A stretch of DNA of 64,000 bases from Candidatus Chisholmbacteria bacterium RIFCSPHIGHO2_01_FULL_52_32 (GTDB lineage Bacteria > Patescibacteriota > Microgenomatia > UBA1400 > Chisholmbacteraceae), in NCBI GenBank assembly GCA_001816585.1, contig MHCJ01000003.1:284228-348227 (forward strand), given 5' to 3'. Below, in pieces: positions 31,545-41,194 of the stretch. The position numbers and the translations under genes are program-made. Position 1 is the first letter of the stretch. Each line of letters opens with the position of its first letter. The notes beneath the pieces were generated by a model. The model had not been told where the DNA came from and ran no database searches. It worked only from the letters and a program-made list of their open reading frames with translations.

Positions 31545-32474
31545 TCACAGGCCTGACCCCTTTTTTGTCAGCGCAGACACTGCCCGTCCAACTGCGGGAA
31601 TTGCGCTGACAATTTTTAATTTGTCAAATTGTTGTGCCTTTGTTATCGGCAGCGTATCGGTGACCGTGATCTCGTCGATCTGGCTTCTCGAGATTCGATC
31701 CGATGACCCTTTGATAAAAAGCGCATGGGTGCAAAATGCAGCAGCGGACTTTGCCCCGCTTTCCTTGAGGAGTGTAGCAGCCTCCACCAAGGTGTCACCC
31801 GTTACCACCACATCATCGCAGAGGATGCAATCCTTTCCTGCAACGTTACCCTTGACTTTACCGTACTCAATTTTCAGCGTCTGACGGTCCCTGACTTTCT
31901 TCAGGACCAATACTCGACCGTTGACCAGACTTGCCAGCTCCATGGCTCTTGTTCTGGCCCCGTCATCCGGAGCAACGATCAGCGTGTTTTCGGTATACCT
32001 CCCGATGAGCATATCTTTGAAGATTTCCGATGGCGCGATCACCCTCGTTTGTGTCTTGAAATATGAGGCCGTCCGAAGACTATGAAGATCGATCAAAATC
32101 AGTTCACTCAGTTTTAGGGCATCGATCAGACGCGCGATCGATTCGGAGGATATCGGCTCTCCGGTGCGGAACTGTTCGTCCTGCAGGCTATAGGCAAGCC
32201 AGGGGATTATTCCGATAACCTTTTGCGGAAATCCCCTTTTTACTGCGTCGATGAGTAAGGCAAACTCGATCAACTGTGCGCCGGCACTGCCGAAAAGACT
32301 CTGGACCACAACGACAGTTTTCCCTCGAACATCACCCAGAATCCTGGCCCGGAGCTCTCCATTGGGGAATACACTCAACTCTCTTTTCGTGACTGATGCC
32401 TGTAAGAATTCTGCCAGGCCCTCGGCAAAGGCAGGATGAGAGGAGCCGGAAACGATTGTTAACGTCTCCTTCAT
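31545..32474 (-). CDS. prs: Ribose-phosphate pyrophosphokinase
   Basis: FPNGE, DLHS, VAPD.G, DDVVVTGDT, THALF. Confidence 0.9.
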   Translation of the reverse strand: MKETLTIVSGSSHPAFAEGLAEFLQASVTKRELSVFPNGELRARILGDVRGKTVVVVQSLFGSAGAQLIEFALLIDAVKRGFPQKVIGIIPWLAYSLQDEQFRTGEPISSESIARLIDALKLSELILIDLHSLRTASYFKTQTRVIAPSEIFKDMLIGRYTENTLIVAPDDGARTRAMELASLVNGRVLVLKKVRDRQTLKIEYGKVKGNVAGKDCILCDDVVVTGDTLVEAATLLKESGAKSAAAFCTHALFIKGSSDRISRSQIDEITVTDTLPITKAQQFDKLKIVSAIPAVGRAVSALTKKGSGL

Positions 32475-35400
32475 TTGAGAAGCTTCCCGATTTGTTGTTT
32501 AAGCCTTCCTGTGTAATGTACCCCGTATGGCAAGGCTATTCGCCTTGCAGACCCGCCGTTCTCCACATTCAAAACGATCCTGTCGTCCCCTTTGTTTTCT
32601 TTGAAGAGTTCGCTTAACGTTTTTAGCCTCTCTCTTGAAGTTTTTCTCGGGATGGTAATGGTGATCGCATCGTCATTTTCCAATTGAGCGGTGTCTCTAT
32701 CTTCACCTGTTAACTCCTCATGGGTCACCGGTCGCTCCGCAATCAGAGACAGCCGATCGTCACGTTGGTTTACCGTTCCAGTAACGAGTAAGGGGGCATC
32801 GACCACCCAAATTGACCGTGTTTTTTCATACAATTTCGGGAAGACCACCACATCGATTTTGCCCGTATCATCCTCGAGCGTTGCAAATACCATCTCCTGC
32901 TGGCCTTTCTTTGTGACTACTCTCCTTAAGTCCGTCAGGATACCTGCTATTGTTACAACTTTGCCTACGTGGATGTCTTCCGAAAGGTCCTCCACTTTAT
33001 GAGTAGCGCGCTCGCCCATCGTCTTTAGGACCTTCGCCATCGGATGGTCGGTCAGATAAAACCCTAACATCTGCTTTTCCATCGCCAGGAGCTCCGTCTT
33101 CTGGAACTCTTCTACTTCGGGAAGATCATCTTTATCACCGGACTTTGCCTCTGTGATGGTTTCAAACATTGTCGTCTGTCCGCTCGCCTTCGCCTTCTGC
33201 TCCGTGAGAATATTTTCCCGTACCTTGTCCAGCGATACTAAAAGAGGGGCTCTGGGACCGAAGTCGTCCATTGCGCCTACTTTAATCAAGCTTTCAAGGA
33301 CTTTCCGATTCACCTTTTGTCCATCGACCCTCCGGCAGAAATCAGCGAGCGAGGTGAATGTTCCGCTTTTCTTTCTTGCCTGAAGAATCACTTCGATTGC
33401 CGTCATCCCTACGTTTTTGATTGCGGCAAGGCCAAACCGGATTGCCTTTCCTTCGAGCGATTGTTTTATCTTCTCAAGTGTAAATCCGCTTTCAGAAGAG
33501 TTCACGCTCGGAGGCATAATCGCGACCCCCATCCGTCTTGCCTCTTCGATTGCTATAGCGACCTTGTCCGTATTCGAAGCCTCGGCGGTCAGAACCGCTG
33601 CCATAAACTCAACCGGAAAGTTTGCTTTCATGTAGGCCGTCTGGTATGCGATCATCGCGTAACTTGCCGAGTGAGCCTTGTTGAACCCGTATCCTGCGAA
33701 GCGCTCGATGTATCCCCAGACCCGATCAGCCACGGGTTTTGTGTATCCTTTTTCCCTCGCGCCATCGGTAAATTTCTTCTTCTCCCGTTCCATGATCGAC
33801 CGTTTCTTCTTGCCGATTGCCAGTCTCAAATTATCCGCCTCTGCTAACGAATAGCCGGCAAGCAGGGCCGCTATCTGCAGGCATTGTTCCTGGTACACTG
33901 CGATACCGTAGGTCTCCTCTAAAATGGGCTTTAAGTCTTCATGGGGGTATTTCACCTGCTTTGGGTTTTGCTTCCCTTTGATGAAATCGTTAATCAGCTC
34001 CATCGGCCCGGGCCGGTAGAGGGCCACCATGGCCGTGATATCGGAGAACCTTGACGGCTTCAGGGCCCGGGCAACCCGGCGCATCCCGGACGATTCCAGC
34101 TGGAAAACGCCCGTTGTTTCTCCCTTCGAGAGCATTTCATAGACCTTCCTGTCATCGAGTGGAATTTCGGAGATGTCAACTTTGACCCCCCTTTCCTGAC
34201 GAACAAAATCGATTGCAAGGCCCAGGATTGTCAAATTTCTCAGTCCTAAAAAGTCCATCTTTAAGAGTCCGATGGCTTCTTTGGATATATTGAGGTCTAA
34301 AGCGTACATGTCGTATTGGGTGATAATCTTGCCGCTTGTTGATTCCCGCTGAAGTGGGACGTAGGACGTCAATTCTTGATCTGCGATCACTACGCCGGCG
34401 GCGTGCGTTGAGGCGTGGCGAGCCACCCCTTCGACTTTCTTTGCCAGGTCAATCAGTTTGCGGAATTTCTCGTTTTTATAGTACTCCTGAAGCTCAAACA
34501 CGCTCGTCAATGCTTCTTCAATCGAGTACCCGAGCGGGATGAGTTTTGCAATACGGTCCGGCTCTTCGTATGGTAGTCCGAGAACCCGGCCAATATCGCG
34601 GATGCTCGCACGCGCCTCCATCGTCCCGAAGGTGATGATTTGGGCAACTTTCTTTTCGCCGTACTTCTCGGTCACATACGCGATCACTTCGTCCCTCCGG
34701 TCGTCGGCGAAATCAAGGTCGATGTCAGGAGGGGTCGGTCGATAGGGATTAAGGAAGCGTTCGAAAGGAAGATTGTGTTCTAACGGATCAATAGAGGTGA
34801 TCCGGAGTACAAATGATACCAAGGATCCTGCTGCTGATCCTCTCCCCGGTCCAACCCGGATTCCTTTTTCTTTTGCCCAATTGACAAAATCGGCAACGAT
34901 CAGAAAGTACGGAGCAAAGCCTTTGCCGCAGATCACGTCAAGCTCGTTCTCAACGCGCGCTTGAACTTCCTTCGATGGGTTTGGATAGCGTAGCTTGATA
35001 TTGACTGATACTTGGTTTCGCAAATACGATTCGGGGGTTTCTCCTTCTGGCAATGGATATTTTGGCAGGATCCAATTGCCGATGGGTATTTCCAGTTGGC
35101 ATTTTCCCGCTATTGTATTGGTGTTTTCAACCGCATCGGGATAGTCTTTGAACGCTGTTTGCATTTCTTCCGGTGAGCGTAGGTAGAAATCCGGGCTATC
35201 GAACATGGACAGCCTGTTTTTGTCTGAGATCAGCTTTCTTGTCTGAACAGCCAGGAGAGCATCTTGGGCCTGAGCGTCTTCTTTATCGACATAATGAACA
35301 TCGTTTGTCGCGACGATCGGTATGCCGAGTTCTCTGGATAACTTCACCAATTTTTCTCGAACCGCCTCCACTTCTGGAATATTTGAGTGGTGCTGAATCT

Positions 35401-35917
35401 CTAGATAGAAGTCCTGACCGAATAGCTCTTGGAATCTTCCGGCAAGTTTCTCTGCTTCTTTCTCCCGTTTTGCAAGGATCAGCTGTGCAATCTCCCCTTG
35501 TATGCAGGCGCTGGTTACCATCAAACCTTCTCTGTATTTAGCGAGGATTTCCCAGTCGATCCTCGGACGATAGTGATAGCCCTCCAGGTGAGCCAGGGTT
35601 GTCAGCATCATCAGGTTTTTGTACCCTTGGATGTTTTTGGCGAGGATGAGGAGATGAAACTGGTCCGCTCCGAATCGGGGCTGCTTGTCGTGTCTTGAGA
35701 CGGAAGCCATGTACGTTTCCATTCCGATGATCGGTTTTAAGCCAAGTTGTTTTGCCGTTGTGAAAAAGGGAACCGCCCCGTACATCGCACCGTGGTCGGT
35801 GATGGCAATTGCTTCCATCTCGAATTCTTTTGCCCGTTCTAAGAGCTTCGGGATTTTCGATAGCCCGTCGAGCAACGAGTATTCCGTGTGTACATGAAGA
35901 TGGACGAAAGGCGTCAT
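32471..35917 (-). CDS. dnaE: DNA polymerase III alpha subunit
   Basis: HLHVHTEYSLLDG, GRGSAAGS, PDIDLDF, KMDFLGL, YGFNKAHS. Confidence 0.98.
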   Translation of the reverse strand: MTPFVHLHVHTEYSLLDGLSKIPKLLERAKEFEMEAIAITDHGAMYGAVPFFTTAKQLGLKPIIGMETYMASVSRHDKQPRFGADQFHLLILAKNIQGYKNLMMLTTLAHLEGYHYRPRIDWEILAKYREGLMVTSACIQGEIAQLILAKREKEAEKLAGRFQELFGQDFYLEIQHHSNIPEVEAVREKLVKLSRELGIPIVATNDVHYVDKEDAQAQDALLAVQTRKLISDKNRLSMFDSPDFYLRSPEEMQTAFKDYPDAVENTNTIAGKCQLEIPIGNWILPKYPLPEGETPESYLRNQVSVNIKLRYPNPSKEVQARVENELDVICGKGFAPYFLIVADFVNWAKEKGIRVGPGRGSAAGSLVSFVLRITSIDPLEHNLPFERFLNPYRPTPPDIDLDFADDRRDEVIAYVTEKYGEKKVAQIITFGTMEARASIRDIGRVLGLPYEEPDRIAKLIPLGYSIEEALTSVFELQEYYKNEKFRKLIDLAKKVEGVARHASTHAAGVVIADQELTSYVPLQRESTSGKIITQYDMYALDLNISKEAIGLLKMDFLGLRNLTILGLAIDFVRQERGVKVDISEIPLDDRKVYEMLSKGETTGVFQLESSGMRRVARALKPSRFSDITAMVALYRPGPMELINDFIKGKQNPKQVKYPHEDLKPILEETYGIAVYQEQCLQIAALLAGYSLAEADNLRLAIGKKKRSIMEREKKKFTDGAREKGYTKPVADRVWGYIERFAGYGFNKAHSASYAMIAYQTAYMKANFPVEFMAAVLTAEASNTDKVAIAIEEARRMGVAIMPPSVNSSESGFTLEKIKQSLEGKAIRFGLAAIKNVGMTAIEVILQARKKSGTFTSLADFCRRVDGQKVNRKVLESLIKVGAMDDFGPRAPLLVSLDKVRENILTEQKAKASGQTTMFETITEAKSGDKDDLPEVEEFQKTELLAMEKQMLGFYLTDHPMAKVLKTMGERATHKVEDLSEDIHVGKVVTIAGILTDLRRVVTKKGQQEMVFATLEDDTGKIDVVVFPKLYEKTRSIWVVDAPLLVTGTVNQRDDRLSLIAERPVTHEELTGEDRDTAQLENDDAITITIPRKTSRERLKTLSELFKENKGDDRIVLNVENGGSARRIALPYGVHYTGRLKQQIGKLLK

Positions 35918-35963
35918 TCTGAAGCTCAATACTATCAGGAAACAGGAAAAATACCAAGGTTAC

Positions 35964-37289
35964 CTAGGCTCTTTTCCCCCCGAGTCTTTTGTGAAGGATT
36001 GCTTTCAAAAGAATGGCGTCTGCTCTGCCGGAAGAGAGCTGCATGACTTTTCCAATCAATACTTCGATCGCTTGGGTTTTCCCTTTTTGATAATCAACTA
36101 CCGCTTGAGGAAGGCTTGATATAGCCTCCGTGATCCACCGATTCAGCATCGCTTTGTCCTGGACTTTTTCAGATTTTTGTTTCTTCAGTATTTCGATCAG
36201 CGATTTCGGTGTACGGTTCTTCAGATTGATCTTTTTGTTCACGATTATGATTGCCAGTGCATTTGGTGCAAAGCCATGCTTCTTGCCCTCCATGAACACG
36301 GCTTCAGCGACCTCGGCAAGCCGACTGTCAGATACCAGTACCTGTGCGTACTTCGGTTCAACCTTGAAATCTTTCAGGAAACGTGACTCGAGCATATCCG
36401 GCAGCTCCGGAAGTTCTGCCCGGCGACCGGCAAGCTCCTCTGATGTGAAACGCATCGGGGGGATATCCGGTTCCGGAAAGTATCGATAGTCCGCAGCCGT
36501 CTCCTTGTAACGTTGGGTTTCCGTCTTCTGCTGTTTTTCGCTCCATCCCCGAGTTTCTTGGCGCGGAAGCTTCCCTGCGGCCAGAAGCTTCTCCTGTCTT
36601 TGGAGTTCGTAGTCGATGGCCCTCCCAACGAAATTGAACGAGTTGAGGTTCTTTACCTCGACCTTATACCCCAAGTCCAGTCCCAGAGAGATGTTTGCCT
36701 CGAGCCTCATGGAGCCTTTTTCCATGTCGCAATCTGATACAGCGAGGTACCGTACAATCCTTTGGAGCCGCTCGCAGAATTCCTTGGCTTGTGTCCCGGT
36801 CTTTACATCCGGCTCTGTCACAATTTCTACCAAAGGGACTCCGCTCCTGTTAAAGTCAACTAACGTCACGTCTTCTCCCTCCAGGGTCGTATGTAAAAGC
36901 TTCCCCGTATCTTCTTCGAGATGCACTCGAGTTATCCTGACTTTCCCTTCGGTCGTTTCCAGATATCCATCTGTGCAGAGTGGTTCGTCGTATTGGCTAA
37001 TTTGGTAGCCTTTCGGTAAGTCCGGATAAAAATAGTGTTTCCGATCGAACTTTGACTCCCTTTCTGCCTTACAGTGTAAAGCCAGACCAATCAACTGGGT
37101 CCAGCGGATTGCCTTGACGTTTGGGACCGGCAAGGCTCCGGGAAGACCAAGACAAACCGGACATGTGTTGGTGTTTGCACTCGCTCCAAAATGGTCGGCC
37201 GGACAGCCACAGAACATCTTGCTTTTCGTTTTAAGCTCTACGTGAACTTCAATGCCTATCGTTGGTTTGTACGTTTTATCTTTCTTCAT
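35964..37289 (-). CDS. gatB: Asp/Glu-tRNA amidotransferase subunit B
   Basis: GIEVHVEL, YPDLPKGYQISQ, DYRYFPEPD. Confidence 0.97.
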   Translation of the reverse strand: MKKDKTYKPTIGIEVHVELKTKSKMFCGCPADHFGASANTNTCPVCLGLPGALPVPNVKAIRWTQLIGLALHCKAERESKFDRKHYFYPDLPKGYQISQYDEPLCTDGYLETTEGKVRITRVHLEEDTGKLLHTTLEGEDVTLVDFNRSGVPLVEIVTEPDVKTGTQAKEFCERLQRIVRYLAVSDCDMEKGSMRLEANISLGLDLGYKVEVKNLNSFNFVGRAIDYELQRQEKLLAAGKLPRQETRGWSEKQQKTETQRYKETAADYRYFPEPDIPPMRFTSEELAGRRAELPELPDMLESRFLKDFKVEPKYAQVLVSDSRLAEVAEAVFMEGKKHGFAPNALAIIIVNKKINLKNRTPKSLIEILKKQKSEKVQDKAMLNRWITEAISSLPQAVVDYQKGKTQAIEVLIGKVMQLSSGRADAILLKAILHKRLGGKRA

Positions 37290-38698
37290 TGCTTTAGCCT
37301 CGGTTTCCTTTCGTACATCCGAAGCTCCTGTTCGACTTCAAGACTAACCCGAAACAACCGTGTTTCTGAAAAATGAGGGGCAATCAGCTGTAAGCCATTG
37401 GGCAAGTTGTCAACAAACCCGATCGGAACGGAAATCGCCGGATGTCCGGTGAGGTTTGCCGGAACTGTCAAGACATCAGATAAGTACATCTTTAAAGGAT
37501 CCTTTTCCCGCTCGCCGTGCTTAAAGGGAGGAAAGGGGAACACCGGCCCGGCGATCAGATCCACTTTTTGAAAAGCTTCTTCAAACTCCCTGATCAAGAG
37601 GGTTCTTCCAGCAATCGCCCGCTTATAGTATTGGTCGGCGTACCCGGCGGAGAGGGAGTGTGTCCCGATCATTATGCGACGCTTGGCTTCGTCCTGAAAC
37701 CTCTGCCTCGGGAATCCGTACCGAATACCGTCAAAGCGGGCTAGATTTGAAGACACTTCAGAAGAGACCGTGACACAGTATATAGCGTAAGCGTATTTTA
37801 CATTGGGCAAGGAGATCTCAATCAGCCTATGCCCTCTGGCCTTGAGCACATCCAGGGCTTGAAGGACTTTCGTTACCAATTTCGTTTCGAGACCTTCGAA
37901 AAATTCTTTCGGAATGCCGATTTTTACTCTCCCTTTGTCTGCAAGCCTCTCATGGTACTGCTGTACTGGCTCGGTTGAAGAAGTCGCATCGAGGGGATCA
38001 TTTCCGGCGGTTACAGAAAGAATCGCGGCAGAGTCCCAGACTCTTTTTGTCAGGTGTCCAATCGAGTCCGTTGTAGACGCCATGGCAATTATTCCATAGC
38101 GGCTTACCCGCCCGTAGGTTGGTTTTAGACCCACCAGATTACAGTAACTGGCCGGTTGTCTGTTTGAACCTCCGGTATCGGTCCCGGTCGCCGCGATGCA
38201 AAGGTCCGACGCAACCGCAGCGCCTGAACCGCTCGATGAGCCTCCGGTTACCCTTTCATAGTCATACGGGTTTCGCGTTATTCCATACTCCGTATGCTCC
38301 CCTGAAGATCCGTGTCCCCAAGCGTCAAGGTTCGTCTTTCCCAAGATGATGGCCCCAGCATTCTTTAGCCTCGATACTGCCGTTGCATCATATTGGGGAA
38401 TATAATCGTCGAGTACCTTCGAGGCGGCTGTTGTCCGAAGACCCTGGGTGAGAAAATTATCTTTGAGCACAATCGGAATTCCCAAAAGGAGCCTGTCAGA
38501 TCCTTTGGCCCTCTCCTGATCGGCTTTGGTTGCCTCAGCGATGATCTCCTGCTCGTCCCTTACGGTAATAAAGGCGTGAAGTTTTGGATTGTACTTTTTT
38601 ATCCGCTCTAAGAACACATTGACAAGCTCTACGCTTGAGGCCCGTTTTGACCTCAATAGCGTTATCGCTTCCTGAAGTGATACTTCATGAAGTTTCAT
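37286..38698 (-). CDS. gatA: Asp/Glu-tRNA amidotransferase subunit A
   Basis: GGSSSGS, GTDTGGS, GLKPTYGRVSRYG. Confidence 0.97.
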   Translation of the reverse strand: MKLHEVSLQEAITLLRSKRASSVELVNVFLERIKKYNPKLHAFITVRDEQEIIAEATKADQERAKGSDRLLLGIPIVLKDNFLTQGLRTTAASKVLDDYIPQYDATAVSRLKNAGAIILGKTNLDAWGHGSSGEHTEYGITRNPYDYERVTGGSSSGSGAAVASDLCIAATGTDTGGSNRQPASYCNLVGLKPTYGRVSRYGIIAMASTTDSIGHLTKRVWDSAAILSVTAGNDPLDATSSTEPVQQYHERLADKGRVKIGIPKEFFEGLETKLVTKVLQALDVLKARGHRLIEISLPNVKYAYAIYCVTVSSEVSSNLARFDGIRYGFPRQRFQDEAKRRIMIGTHSLSAGYADQYYKRAIAGRTLLIREFEEAFQKVDLIAGPVFPFPPFKHGEREKDPLKMYLSDVLTVPANLTGHPAISVPIGFVDNLPNGLQLIAPHFSETRLFRVSLEVEQELRMYERKPRLKQ

Positions 38699-39008
38699 TT
38701 CTTCCTTTAAAGATTGACTTGGTGACAAAGTAGCCTCGGTGCGTCCGTTTGGCTTGGCTTACGGATGCTGTTTGGGAGAGGATCGTATTCCGGTTCACTC
38801 TGTCTTCGCGAAACCGATTGGTTGTGCCTGTGACCTGACTCGTCTCGGTAACGTCTTGGGTTCTCATCCCGGCGATTTGGTTTACATATTCGAAGATGCT
38901 TGCCAGCTGGGCTTTAAACCTTGCGGCTTCTGCCTCGTTTAGGCTTAGCTTTGCAAGGCGCGAAACGTGTTTGACCTCTTTTATGGTGATTGAGGACTTG
39001 GTTCTCAT
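38685..39008 (-). CDS. gatC: Asp/Glu-tRNA amidotransferase subunit C
   Basis: EVKHVSRLAKL, FRED; position upstream of gatA. Confidence 0.92.
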   Translation of the reverse strand: MRTKSSITIKEVKHVSRLAKLSLNEAEAARFKAQLASIFEYVNQIAGMRTQDVTETSQVTGTTNRFREDRVNRNTILSQTASVSQAKRTHRGYFVTKSIFKGRNETS

Positions 39009-39187
39009 TGCAGACCTCTCTCTTGATCCATTTTTCTTCGGCAGTTTTTATGGTCACTAAACGGACCAATAGGCTGCTATCTTAGTGCATTTTCTCGAAT
39101 TGTACAAGAGGTTTGCTTAGTGGAAGTCCAATGGATCGGGAAAGTAACAAACTCCGAGATAAGGAGCTTAACGAATGCTCGGATTGA

Positions 39188-39358
39188 CTAGAAGCTTAAG
39201 CTTTCCGCCTCGGCTGGGGACAGGGAGCCATTTTGGCGAAGCTTCATCACGAGCCTCTTTTGTGCGTCTGCGATCACTTCCCGCTGGATCGGTCCTGAAA
39301 TATTGGCCTTCGCCAGCTCGGCGAGCTCGATGGCAAGACCGCAGTCTTTTCGCTCCAT
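39188..39358 (-). CDS. Small hypothetical protein (56 aa, MERKDCGLAIELAELAKANISGPIQREVIADAQKRLVMKLRQNGSLSPAEAESLSF)
   Basis: Manually translated; strong SD GGAGGTG 7 nt before ATG; below the ORF-track cutoff. Confidence 0.55.
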   Translation of the reverse strand: MERKDCGLAIELAELAKANISGPIQREVIADAQKRLVMKLRQNGSLSPAEAESLSF

Positions 39359-39489
39359 AATTTTTCACCTCCCCTCCCCTATTTTAGTAATCAGTTAGGT
39401 GTATAGCAGTCTCAAACGTTGAGTGCAATGCGTAGGAGTTATGTACGGGAAATATTCGCCTTTACCGGCAACCAAAATTCTGTTTGTGA

Positions 39490-39640
39490 AACCCGAAGGG
39501 CGTTCACGTATGAAGTCAGTTTAGAAGCTTATTTCCATGCCCTGTTTTCCCTCGGAGTGGTGGTTCGGTTCACCTTTTCTGCCGATCCGCGGCACGCCTG
39601 CCCTTTCTTGAGACTCAGAACATCAATGAACGTGCGGGTT
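39490..39640. ncRNA. Candidate rod-shaped structured RNA (6S-like)
   Basis: Nested complementary segments AACCCG/CGGGTT, CGTTCA/TGAACG, AGTTT/AGACT, TGCC/GGCA, TCGG/CCGA, GGTG/CACC over ~150 nt. Confidence 0.4.
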
Positions 39641-40544
39641 AGGCCATTGCTCTCAAGGCATCAATTCGCTCCTTCACTGGGGGGTGGGTGTTGAAGAGGT
39701 TTGCAAACCATCCGATCGCACCGTGTTTGTTTTTCAGCGGATCTGCGATATAGAGGTGGGCTGTAGCCTTGTTTGCTACCTCGAGCGGTTCTTTGTCCTG
39801 GCTTATTTTCTCCAAGGCCCTCGCCAAACCTTCAGGATACTTGGTTAGTTGTACACCTGAAGCATCCGCTAAGAATTCCCGCCTTCTCGAAATAGCCAGC
39901 TTTATCAAGTTCGCAATTAGCGGTGAGAGGAGGGCCAGGAAAAAGCCTACAATAACGATAAGCGCTGTCACCCGATTCTCATCTCCAGATCGCCTCCGAC
40001 CCCCAAATGAGGACATCCTCAGAAACCAATCTGCCAAGAGGGTCACGATGCCGATCAACACCGTGACCAGTGCCATCAACCGAATGTCGTAATTTCTAAT
40101 ATGCGAGAGCTCGTGGGCAACCACCCCCTCGAGCTCGGTCCGATCGAGCTTCTCGAGAAGACCCCGAGTCGCCACTACCACAGCGTGCTTAGGATCTCTT
40201 CCCGTGGCAAAGGCATTGGTCGCTGAGTCTTCAATTACGTACAGGCGCGGCAAGGGAAGCTGGGATGCCAGGCATAAATTTTCCGCCACGGTGAAGAAAT
40301 TGAAGTCCCGCTCCTTGGACGCGGGTCTGGCCCCTGACAATGTCAGAATTATCTGATCCGAATAGTAGAAACTTCCCAGGCTCATTAGGCCTGCAATAAC
40401 CATCGCCCAGATAGCCGCAGAAGGCCCGTAACCCAGTGCTTCGGAGAGAATCCAAGCCACCAGTACAACGAACGCAACAAACCCTACCATGACGATCAGG
40501 GATTTCGCTTTATTCCGGTCGACCTGTTCGTAGATATTGAGCAT
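39639..40544 (-). CDS. htpX: Zinc metalloprotease HtpX (M48)
   Basis: NAFATG, AHELSH, SRRREFLAD, THPP. Confidence 0.94.
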   Translation of the reverse strand: MLNIYEQVDRNKAKSLIVMVGFVAFVVLVAWILSEALGYGPSAAIWAMVIAGLMSLGSFYYSDQIILTLSGARPASKERDFNFFTVAENLCLASQLPLPRLYVIEDSATNAFATGRDPKHAVVVATRGLLEKLDRTELEGVVAHELSHIRNYDIRLMALVTVLIGIVTLLADWFLRMSSFGGRRRSGDENRVTALIVIVGFFLALLSPLIANLIKLAISRRREFLADASGVQLTKYPEGLARALEKISQDKEPLEVANKATAHLYIADPLKNKHGAIGWFANLFNTHPPVKERIDALRAMA

Positions 40545-40590
40545 TCCAAGTCTCACCCTTTACCGACTCAGCCGAATCTTTCCTTCTTGG

Positions 40591-41178
40591 TTACTCCAGG
40601 GTCACCTTCGGAGTCTTCATTTCCTCGGCCTTAACCTCAAGATGTCCGCCTTCATGCGGTACCTTTAACCCCTCCTGTGGTTTGAAACCAAACAACTTTC
40701 CCACAATATTTGAAGGGATTGTGAGTAACATCCGGTTGAAATCCGCGACTAAATCTATCAACGTCCTTCTCGCATACATGACTTTGTCGGCCGTGTCCCG
40801 CAGCTCGTCCATCAGCTTCTTAATCGGCTCCTGGGCGCGCAGCTCCGGATTAGCCTCAACAGCGATGGTGAGTTTGGGTAAAAGCTCCTGAATCTTTGAC
40901 GCAGCATCTACCATTTTCTGGGGAGCACCTTCCTTCACCGCGCTGGTGATTGCTTTTCGTGCGTCAGTGAGCATCCGATAGATTTCCTTCTCGTGTTTCA
41001 GGTAGGATTTGGCAGCAGTCTCGAGGTTCGGAATCAGGTCGACCTGTCTCTTCAACTGGTTTCCGATTTCCTGAATTGAGGCCGTGATCCTAGTTAAAGT
41101 CGTCTGAAACCGGTTGTAAGTCGAGAAGATATAGACGAGAACAACGGCACAGGCGCCCAGTACTATCAGCACTGGCAT
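40591..41178 (-). CDS. lemA: LemA family protein
   Basis: N-terminal TM, YN...QLKRQ.DLIPNL, EANPEL; adjacent to htpX. Confidence 0.9.
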   Translation of the reverse strand: MPVLIVLGACAVVLVYIFSTYNRFQTTLTRITASIQEIGNQLKRQVDLIPNLETAAKSYLKHEKEIYRMLTDARKAITSAVKEGAPQKMVDAASKIQELLPKLTIAVEANPELRAQEPIKKLMDELRDTADKVMYARRTLIDLVADFNRMLLTIPSNIVGKLFGFKPQEGLKVPHEGGHLEVKAEEMKTPKVTLE

Positions 41179-41194
41179 GGTTCTTCACCTCCTC

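Noticed and set aside
39168-39694. ORF-track 66-aa, 61-aa and 91-aa ORFs
   Set aside because: No SD or recognisable composition; better explained by the 56-aa SD-led ORF and a structured RNA.
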